Of a DNA stretch of 64,000 nucleotides, positions 54,001 to 64,000 are shown piece after piece. The position numbers and the translations under genes were made by a program. The notes below the pieces were generated by a model. It was not told the DNA's origin and made no database searches. It saw nothing but the letters and a program-made list of their open reading frames with translations. Within the stretch, counting starts at the first letter, position 1; each line of letters starts with the position of its first letter. The stretch comes from the human T2T-CHM13v2.0 reference genome, Homo sapiens: the NCBI RefSeq assembly GCF_009914755.1, contig NC_060931.1; one strand, given 5' to 3'.

Positions 54001-57000
54001 CAAATTTAAAAGAATTAAAATAGTATGAAGTATTTTTTCTGACCACAATGGAATAAAACTAGATATTAATAGTAAGAGGAACTTTTGAAATTGCACAAAT
54101 ATGTGCACATTAAAAAACATGCTACTAAACGATGAATAAATCAATAAAAAATTAAGAAGAAATCAAACAATTTCTTAAAACATGGAATAGAAATGCAACA
54201 TGCCAAAACTAGGGATACAACAAAGGGAGAATTAAGGGGAAAGTTAATAGCAATCAATGTCAACATCAAAAATGTATAAAGATTTCAAATAGACAACGAT
54301 GCATCTCAAGGAATTAGAAAAGTAAGAACAAATTAAATTTTTAAAAAAAGGTAGAAGGTAGGCAAAATAAATTTTTTGAAAAGAGAAACAAAATCAATGA
54401 ACACTTAGCTACATTAACCAGAAAACAAAAGAAGACCAAAATAAATAAAATCAGAAATAGAAAAGCAGACATTATGTATAATACCACAGAAATACAAATA
54501 GTCATTAGAGACTATCATGACTATTACAACTATACACCTACAAATTAGAAAATCCAGTTGAAATGGATAAATGTTTCGACACGTACAACCTAACAAGATT
54601 GAACCAAGAAGAAGTAGAAAACTGGACTAAACCAATTACAAGTAATGAGATTGAGTTTTTAACAAAAATCCTTCCATCAAAGAAAAGCCTAGGACCTAGT
54701 TGCTTCAGCGCTAAACTTAACCAAACATTTAAAGAATTAATACCAATTCCTCTCAAAATTTTCCAGTAAATTTAAAAGTAGAAAATTCTTATGAATTAAT
54801 TCTACAAGACCAGTATTACCCTGATAACAAAACCAGAAAATGATACAACAAAAAGATGAAAATTATACTTCAATGTCTCTGATGAACATGGATGCAAATA
54901 TTTTCAAGAAAACCCTAGCAAAATGAATCTAATAGCACATTTACAAGGTCATTTATCATGGACAGATGGAATTTATCCCAGGGATGCAAGGATGATTCAA
55001 CATGAAAATCAATAAATAAAACACATCACATCAACAGAATGAAGGAAAAGTATGATCATCTCAGTAGATGCAGAAAAAGCATTTGATAAAATTCAAATTC
55101 AATACTCTTTCATAAAAACTGTCAAAAAGTTAGATATAGAAGGAATGAACCTCAACATGAAGCCCACATATAACAAACTCACAACCAACATCATACTAAA
55201 TGGAAAAATCTTGAAAGCTTCTTGTCTAAGATATGGAATAAGACAAGGGTGCCCACTTTTAATCAACATAGTACTGAAAATCCTAGCTAGCACAATTAGA
55301 TGAGAGAAATAAGCAATGGCTATCCAAATTGGAAAGTAAAATTCTCCCTCTTTGCAGACAACATAAACTTATATTTAGAAAAACTGAAAGACTCCTCCAA
55401 AAACTCTTAGAACTGATAACTGAAGTTTTTAAAGTTGCTGGATACATAATGAACACACAGAAATTAGTAGTGCTTCCTTACACCAACAATAATCTATCAA
55501 AAAAGAAATCAAGAAAGCAATCTCACTTATAATAATTTCAACAATAAAATAACATGCCCAGGAATAAATTCAACTAAAGAGGTACAAGAGCTCTGCTATG
55601 AAAACTAAAAAATACAGATGAAAGAAATTTAAAAGGATACAAACAAATTAAAAGAATCCTATGTTCATGGATGGGAAGAGCTAATATTATGAAAATGACC
55701 ATATTACCAGAAGTAATCTATAGGTTCAATTGAATCCCCAGGAAAATACCAATGACATTCTTCAAAGAAATTATGAAATTTGTATGGAGCCATAAAAGAC
55801 TCTGACTAGGCAAACAACCCTGAGCAAAAAGAATAAAGCTAGAGTCATCACACTACCGGACTTCAAAATACACTACAAAGTTATAGTAATCAAAACAGCA
55901 ACTTGGTGGCATAAATCAGACACATACACCAAAGAAAGAGAATAGCAAATAAATAAATAAATCTACATACATACAGCTAATTGATACTTGACAAAAATCC
56001 AAGAACATTCATTGGGGAAGGGACATTCTCTTCAAGAAAGTGTGCTGGAAAAACTGGATATACATATATTAAAAAAACAGATTCCTATCTTTCATCATAT
56101 ATAAAATTCAACGTACAAGGAACTCAAACAACCTAACAGTAAACAAATACACAATCCAATTAAAAATGGGCAAATAAGCTGAAAAGATATCTCTCTAAAG
56201 ATGACATACAAATGACCAACAGGTATATGAAAAAATGTTCAACATCATTAATCATCATGGAATTGCAAATCAAAATCACAATGTGATATTATCTTATGCT
56301 ATGGTTATTATCAAGAAATAATAAATGCTGGTGAGGAGGCAGAGAAAGGGGAACTTTTATACACTGTTGGTAAGAATATGAATGAGTCCAGCCATTACAC
56401 AAAACAGTGTCCACACTTTTCAAAAAAGTGTCCACACTTCAAAAGGCTAAACATAGAGTTACCATGTGTTCCAGGAATCCCACTACTGGATTCATATAAA
56501 AAAATCTGCATGTCAAAGAGATATCTGCACTCTCATGTTTACTGTAGCATTGTTGACAATAGCCAAGATATAGAATCAACCTGAGTCTCCATTAATAGAT
56601 TTATCTTTTAAATGTGGTATATATACACAATTGAATACTATTTGGCCAAAACAAAAGAACGAAATTCTGTCATTTGTGGCCACATGGATGAGCTTGGAAG
56701 ACATTATATGCTAAGTGAAATAAGCAAGGTGCAGAAAGGTAAATACCTCATGTTCCCATTCAAATGTGGAAGCTAAAAAAATTAATATCATAGAGGTAGA
56801 TTGTAGAATAATAGTTACTAAAAGTGAGGATAGGTGGCGGGGAGAGGGGATAGTCAAAGTTGGTTAACATATACAAAAGTACAGCTAGATAGGAGAAATG
56901 CATTCTAATGTTCTGTTGTATTATATGGTGATTATAAATAATGACAATGTATTGTGTATTTTAAAATAGCAAGAAGAGAGGATTTTGTTGAATGTTTGCA

Positions 57001-57175
57001 ACATGATGAAACAATAAATATTTGAAGTAACGGATATTCTAATTACTCTGATTTGCTCATTGCATGTTGTATACATGTATTGAAATACGCTGTACCCCTT
57101 AAGTATGTGCATCAATTATGTGTCAATTAAAATTATTTAAAAAGCAAAATAAATATGTATAAACATCTTAAAAAG
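48014..57175 (+). mobile_element. Apparently full-length old L1 (L1MA4-like) with long 5' UTR, ORF1 (about 52270-53200), ORF2 (about 53375-56780) and 3' UTR; interrupted by THE1
   Basis: 5' end CATCAGCAAAATGGC. ORF2 motifs [42 protein letters not shown] and RQGCPL. L1MA-type 3' UTR TACAGCTAGATAGGAG..TTATGTGTCAATTAAAA. Degenerate TSD AAGCATCAATCA / AAGTATCAGTAA. Confidence 0.88.
48330..50626 (+). mobile_element. Full-length THE1 (A/B-type) provirus; LTRs 48330-48693 and 50258-50626
   Basis: Two LTRs flank THE1-int, which starts GTAAACTGGTACCAG. Perfect GACAT TSD. Confidence 0.94.
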
Positions 57176-57786
57176 AAGTATCAGTAAATTACCTGAATTG
57201 TGCCCTCAATTTTTCATCTTTATTTTTTTGGTTAAGTATTAAATTGTGTGCCTTTTTAACTAAATATTTTGTTTAATTTCATTTAATCAAAAACTTTCTT
57301 CTAAATCTTCACTAAACTCGGACACCATCATGTCCTAAGAGAAAAGTATAAAAGTTTTGTTATTAAATTAGCTCATAAATACAGAAATATATATGCAATA
57401 TCATAAAGGGGGTATCACTTACCAGTTTTTTTAAAATTTGTAATTGCTAGGTTTAAGATGATTGTGTAAACTTCAGCTTTCAGCTGTCAGTTTTATATCA
57501 CCTGCCTTTCCTGTACACATTATTTTCATCTGTTACAGCAATGTGTTAATTATTTTGTACTGTAGCTTGTTACAGTTTAATAATCTTAAGTTGATGAAAC
57601 AAAACAAGGAGAAATCAGAAATTAGAATTCATATTACTTCCAGGTTTTAAGAAAAATGTACATAGACGTTTGTAAAACCAAGTATGTGTGCCTAGATACC
57701 TTATTTGAAATGATGAAAATTGACACACATATTACAGAATCTCCTAAAATTAGTTCATTAGGTCCTATGGATCTTTGGATAAATTG

Positions 57787-57930
57787 GAGAGGATCAGAAA
57801 AAATAACTAATGGGTACTAGGCTTAATACCTGGGTGATGAAACAATAAGTACAACAAACCCCCACGACACAAATTTACCTATGGAACAAACCTCCACGTG
57901 TAACCTTGAACTTAAAATAAAAGTTTAAAA
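57787..57930 (+). mobile_element. Very short L1PA (L1PA11-13-like) 3' end
   Basis: GAGAGGATCAG.AAAAATAACTAATGGGTACTAGGCTTAATACCTGGGTGATGAAA...GAACTTAAAATAAAAG. Confidence 0.85.
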
Positions 57931-58009
57931 TGGGATAATTTGAAACATCAAGAAAATGTATGCATCATGTTAGTGTTACTTGCTATACCTATACTGTTCA
58001 GTTGTATGA

Positions 58010-58330
58010 TTTTTTGTTGTTGTTGTTTTTGTTTTGTTTTGTTTGTTTTGTTTTTGAGTTGGAGTCTCACTCTGTCGCCCAGGCTGGAGTGCAGAGATGA
58101 AATCTCGGCTCACTCTGCCTCGGGGGTTCAAGCAATTCTCCTGTCTTAGCCTCCCCAGTAGCTGGGATTACAGGCATACACCACCACACCCGGCTAATTT
58201 GTTGTATTTTTAGTAGAGATGGGTTTCACAATGTTGGCCAGGCTGGTCTTGAACTCCTGACCTCAGGTGATTTGCCAGCCTCGGCCTCCCAAAGTGCTGG
58301 GATTACAGGCATGAGCCACCGTGCCTGGCC
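58010..58330 (-). mobile_element. Alu (AluSx-like)
   Basis: Reverse Alu with CTCCTGACCTCAGGTGAT. The tail has decayed to (TTTTG)n. Confidence 0.92.
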
Positions 58331-60611
58331 TGTGTTTGTTCTTAATTTGCTGTTTGGAAAGGTTTGATGTACATTTAAGTTCTATTGACACTTGCTATAA
58401 ATCTTACAATATTTACTTTAAAATATTTAAATGAAATTATATCTCAAGTATCTCAGACAAATATTTTATGCCTTAAGTTGTAGGTGGGCTATTGGTATGT
58501 CCATATGACTTTTTTCAAATTTCTCCGTAAGTTATTTTTGTCTTCCAGCTGCTGTGCTCCTCAGAATTTTTTAAAACATTCATCTTGTTTCAAAGGTAAA
58601 ATAAGTCTGAAACAAATATTCTTAATTATTTACTCTGATATTTATTTACTTTTTCTAATTATATGACTAGAGGTCCTTCTTGGATCCAAATATTTGTCTA
58701 GAGTCTATTCTATCAGTATTAATGATAAACGCAATCCATTTAGCTTAGCCAATATTAATCTCAAATCAATGAGAATTGTACTATCATTCAAATCCAATGT
58801 TTACTACTAAATTGTTAGTTCTAATTCATAAAATGTTTTAGATTTATCTAAGCTAAAAATAATCTAAATAATCTGAAAATGAAATTTGTGCATAAAATGA
58901 GATGTTAATTCAGGGATTTGTTTTTGAGATGTTCATTATGCTGGAGAGGCCACAGACATGCAGTTCTATTATATAACCCTTAGTACAGCTGCTTAGCTAC
59001 CCACATTATTCTCCTTGGGTTCAGCTCTCTGGAGTTTGCCATAATTTATATCCTCACCAACAGTTTTCCCTATAGGGGCTGCTATATAGAGACCTCATTT
59101 CTTAATTACAGTGCAAAACTGCAAGCATTAAATTTAGCCACAATCACAAAAATACCTATATATGTATCTGTATGTGACTATAACTTTAAAACTGAACAGC
59201 AGTATACATGTCCTTCCATATGTAAATTTTTTTTGGATAAGTAAAAGCATATTTGATATCCAGATTATTTTTGACTAAGTAAAACAGAAAATGTGTGAAT
59301 ATCAGACTGGATGCAAACTAGGTTCCAAATTTAGAAACACAAACTCAATTCTAATAACGATTATTTATTATATCATTTTATTTAGACTCAAAACGAAATA
59401 CTAGACATTTAAAAGGCTTTTGATAAGAATATCTTTTTAACTTTAAATCTTCTATCGAACATTAATGAATCATCAAACATATTTTATATATCTCTAGTTA
59501 TAACTAGAATTTTTAGAAACACAATATTCAAAAAAATTATTAGGCAGCCATCACAACCCATATCTTAGAGATTTAGGCTGAATCTCATTAGATAAATTAA
59601 GTTCCCAATTGCCATAAAGTAGAGATAAATTAGAACTCAAGAATCATTTTATTTTCAACATAATTTAATCTCAAAAGAGTACTGTTAATGAGAAAAACAT
59701 AATGATTCTTAAGATTCTAATTAACTTACCATGTGAGATGGAGGGGAATAAACTGAAGTACTGAAATGAAGCAAAATAAAAAACATCCAAAAATTTAGAA
59801 TTAATATTGTGAAAATTGTCATGGTGTAAGCAATTACAAATAATTTTATCAGAAAAAATAGTGGAAAACACTAAGTTATTAGTGAATGTGACTACGGAAC
59901 ATATTTTCAATAATCAGAAATATAATCCAGATTGCTTTTAAAATTCATATTTAACAAATATATATGATAAAACTTGTTTAAAAGTCAACTATTTCTGAAA
60001 TGCATATATTTTCCAAAGTGTTTCTTGTCTCTTTATGACCTCAAAGGCAAACACATTTAATATTTAACTATTTCATTTGGTGATTTTCTCCATAGATCCA
60101 AATAATATGAATATACTATTATATATTACATAATCAATTTAAACTTCTTACTATAAGATAGTATTATTCTTTGGCTAATTTATACCTTTCAGTTTCCACT
60201 CAATATAATTATGCCTAAATTTTTACTTAAAATCATTTAGTATTTCCGTGATGATTTTTCAAATATTCCTCACTGCTGAGCCAAGAAGTCTACTCTGATT
60301 ACATTTCCTTCCTTTAAAACTTAAAGTTTCTTAAACCTTGAAAAGAGTTAAAAATTCCTATCCCTCCCCATTTGATTTGATTTTCTTTGAACTTACAAAT
60401 AAATCACCACACAAACTCCAGAAATTCTGTAAAATGCCTCATTTTAAAATTTCCCATATTGCCAAAGCTTTCATCTCATTTTTAAGCATGCTTCATGTTT
60501 CCACTCTCAAGACTACTTGTGACATCTGACTTTCTACTAAAATAGCATCTTTGTGCACTTCAGACCTGCGATACAACCATCACACAGATACTCCATTTTG
60601 CTGTGATCTTG

Positions 60612-60805
60612 CTTTTTCTCTTCCTTCCCTCCTTCCTTCTTTCTTTTCTTTTCCTTTCTTTTTTCTTTTCTTTTCTTTCTTTTTTTGTTTCTTTCTTTCT
60701 CTCTGCCCCTCCTTTCTTTCTTTCTTTCTTTCTCTTTCTTTTTCTTCCTTTCTTTCTTTCTTTCTTTTTCTTCTTTCATCTCTTTCTTTCTGTCTCTTTC
60801 TTTTG
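60612..60805. repeat. CT-rich (TTTC/TTCC)n polypyrimidine tract
   Basis: About 190 bp consisting almost entirely of C and T. Confidence 0.92.
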
Positions 60806-61174
60806 AATCTCTACTGTGTTGTGTGTTCTGTTCCCTGGATGACAGTTCTGCTTCTGTCTTGACTTCTCTTGTTTTGATAGAAACCATTTTCAAAGGGCTT
60901 CTGTAAAAAAAGTACATGACAGTCAAATTTTCTATACTTTCTATACTTTGAAACTAAAAATACTTTATTCTACTCTGATATTTATTAGTTTGAATGAATA
61001 AATAATTTTAGATTGCAAATACATTTTTCTTCTAAATTTTGAAAATATTTTCTAATATTCTTGTTTCTATTGCATTTAAGAAACTGATATTATTCTGATC
61101 TACCATCCTTTGTATTTAGAAAACTTATTTGTTATTTGAAAAACTTTAGTGTTTTAATTGTCTCCTAATCACCC

Positions 61175-61500
61175 TGTTAATGAGGGAGGACTGTCACTCT
61201 GAGTTATGGGAGATGTTTAAAACATAATATCCTACACTGGAGAGATAAGATCAACAGCGTTTTATTAGTTACATGTACCTACAGTTCAGGGAGGTGGACA
61301 CTGTAGTGGTTTGCACTCAGGAACAGGGTGAACGGTTAGAAGCTGTGGGAGGCAGGATTTGTAGTATCACGAAGCTGACCTTATCTGTAGGAGCAAAGTG
61401 GTGGTTGGGGAACATTTGCAGTGAGACCATTAGAGGCACTCCCAATTTACCAGGTGTCAAGGCAGAGAATAATATTAGTTTTAGGACTTATTTTAGTAAC
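61175..61500 (-). mobile_element. Old ERVL-type LTR fragment (MER76/LTR52-like) inside a degenerate minus-strand L1M (about 60870-62020)
   Basis: GC-richer island. The minus strand reads ..GTCCTAAAACT.ATATT..TGCCTTGACACCTGGTAAA.TGGGAG and has an AATAAA at about 61260. Confidence 0.45.
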
Positions 61501-63112
61501 ATCTCTTTACTTTCTATGCTGTAAAATTCCATGATAATATATTTTCATAAGTTTATTTCTCATTTCCTGAACCAAGCATGTAGCTCTTTGAATCCTGGAA
61601 ATTCATACCTACACTTCTGAGACTTTTTTTTTAATTATCATTTTAAGAATTTCCTTTCCTCTATTTTCACTTTTCTTTTTTTTTTTTTTTTGCTGAAGTT
61701 CTGTTTTATCCAGGTTTTGACTTCTTCAATTACTTTTTCTTTTTTATTTTCTCCTATTGAGCATCATCTTGTCTTCCATTTCTTTTTCTTGAAAGGTAAG
61801 ATTTGACATTTCTACAAATGATTTTACTATTTCCATAAATATTATTTTTGAATTTTTGACTTTTTTCTCTGAATCATTTTTAAGCACTGTTTAATAGTTG
61901 TCATATCCTCTCCATTTTCTCTGAAGATATTACTAGTATATTTCTTCTCCTATTATTGTCTCCATTTTTTTCTATTTGTTTGCTTTATTTATGTCATTCA
62001 TTTTTAAATGTTGGCAGCCCATTTAAACTTACAAACAAGGCCCTAAAAATTGAAAGTTCTATGTGGATTGAATTTACTGGAAGGCAGTCAAGTCTCCTAT
62101 TTGGGTGGTAAATATAAATCTGTCTGCTGTTGTTTAGGATCTACATAGGCAAAAGGGCTGGGTAGTCTCATTTTTGTATAATGCAAACTGGGAATTATTG
62201 AACTGTATACTCAGAATAGCACCTTCTCCTTAACTTCCACTTTTCCTAAGGTCCCTAATACACAAAATACACTTCCCTGCTGTATACCTACATTGGGTAG
62301 AAGATCTGAGGGACTAATATAGACTCCCCCTCCCTTTTTTTTTTTTTTTAACTAACTTTTCATCAAGCCCCGTTTTTTGTGCCAATACTCACGCTGTCAC
62401 AGTACCTGATGTGTCTGTTTCCATGTCTTTCCAAAGGCTCTCTGGGTCTGTCACTACACCCCTACTTCTTCAGCTGCATCCCAACTTAAAGGCAATTAGT
62501 TATGACATCTTTTTCTTTGCTAAGTTATTTCTCATTTATTCTTCTGACTTATGTATTCTAATACCGTGGGTCACTTTTGCAAATTTATCCTACTTTCATT
62601 GCAGATGAATTTTGTGGTTGTATTCCGTGACATCCTTGTTAATTTGTTAAGATTTTTTTTTCACAGATGAGGTGGGAAGCAGTATCTCTTTTCCATGACA
62701 TTGAAACCAGAAGCTTGGACAGGAATTAAAAAATTTATTTTTCTATTTTTTATGAAGCATCTCTTGTCATTTTGGCATTCTTTCTTGTCAAATCATTGTG
62801 AGGTGGGAATTCAAAAATTACTTCAAAATAAAGATACATTGTTAAAAATTAATATAGACAACTATAATTCTTAAAGAAATATCAAAGATGGTGGAGGATT
62901 TAGGGCCTATTTTTAATTAATTTGAAATATATTTGAGGATAAAAATAACACTAATATAATCCTTTGGTTATATACCAAAGGATTATACCAAATATATACC
63001 CAAATATATATATTTGGGTATATATCAAATATAACCCAAAGAATAATATTAGTGTTATTTTTATCCTATATTAATAATTGTCTATATTAATTTTTAACAA
63101 CATATCTTTACT

Positions 63113-63635
63113 TTATAAATCATGCTGCTATAAAGACACATGCGTACATATGTTTATTGAGGCACTATTCACAATAGCAAAGACTTGGAACCAACCCAAA
63201 TGTCCAACAATGAGAGAGTGGATTAAGAAAACGTGGTACATATACACCATGGAATACTGTGCAGCCATAAAAAATGATGAGTTCATGTCCTTTGTAGGGA
63301 CATGGATGAAGCTGGAAACCATCATTCTCAGCAAACTATCACAAGGACAAAAAACCAAACACTGCCTTTTCTCACTCATAGGTGGGAATTGAACAATGAG
63401 AACACTTGGACACAGGAAGGGGAACATCACACACTGGGGCCTGTTTTGCGGTGGGGGTAGTGGGGAGGGATAGCATTAGGAGATATACCTAACGTAAATG
63501 ATGAGTTAATGGGTGCAGCACACCAACATGGCACATGTATACATATGTAACAAACCTGCATGTTGTGCACATGTATCCTAAAACTTAAAGTATAATAAAA
63601 ATATATATATAAAAAATTAAAACAAAACAAAAAAC
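63113..63635 (+). mobile_element. 5'-truncated young L1PA (L1PA4/5-like) 3' end, about 0.5 kb, with A-rich tail
   Basis: Encodes the ORF2 C-terminus (YKSCCYKDTC..ALFTIAKTWNQPKCPT..LIGGN). 3' UTR GGAGATATACCTAA.GTAAATGA.GAGTTAATGGGTGCAGCACACCAACATGG. TSD core CACTAATAT at 62949-62957 and 63636-63644. Confidence 0.93.
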
Positions 63636-64000
63636 CACTAATATCTTGAAATTACTGTATTTCTTCAGAGTCAAAGTAGGGAAATTATTTTTAAAATCCT
63701 AGATCTTTGCAAGAGATTTGAGCTACTAAGACACCAAAGAGATTTAACTATGTAGTGTACTACTAGAAGTTAACTTCATATAAGGAATCAGAGCATGTCT
63801 GACCAGATTTATGCTTTAAAATGGAATTTAAATGTATGTTGCAAAAGTTTTCATCAGTGGTGCAAAAAAGTAATAGAAATTTAAAGTTATTATATTCGTT
63901 TCTCTCTTTCCTTTTATAAACATCAGGATTCACAATTTTTTAAGAGAAATAAGATAGTTGATCATGACTATCTACCCATACATTGGAAAAACATGAGAAG

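Noticed and set aside
60537-60926. K/E/R-rich and F/S/L-rich ORFs (67-129 aa)
   Set aside because: They are translations of the CT microsatellite, not genes.

Overview
This is AT-rich, non-coding DNA from a catarrhine primate, most likely human or another ape (AluY/AluS, L1PA and a HERV-W LTR17 are present). I found no host protein-coding gene, RNA gene or CRISPR array. The ORFs in the track are retroelement remnants or chance or low-complexity frames. Transposable elements dominate the window. They include a decayed ERV3/HERV1-like provirus (gag-pro-pol-env plus 3' LTR, 5' LTR missing, minus strand, about 34.2-42.6 kb) and four THE1 MaLR proviruses (one nested in another's LTR, one inside the 5' UTR of a full-length L1MA-type LINE). 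There are also solo LTRs (MLT1, MER51, LTR17, MSTA/THE1D and two uncertain ones), several L1 fragments, four Alus, MIR/L2 relics and a MER2 DNA transposon. I see no convincing new biological system. The most unusual structure is a roughly 155-bp patchwork at the 5' junction of a young L1PA insertion (about 62.95-63.11 kb), made of palindromes and inverted copies of nearby flank. Subfamily names come from recalled consensus sequences and should be confirmed with RepeatMasker/Dfam.
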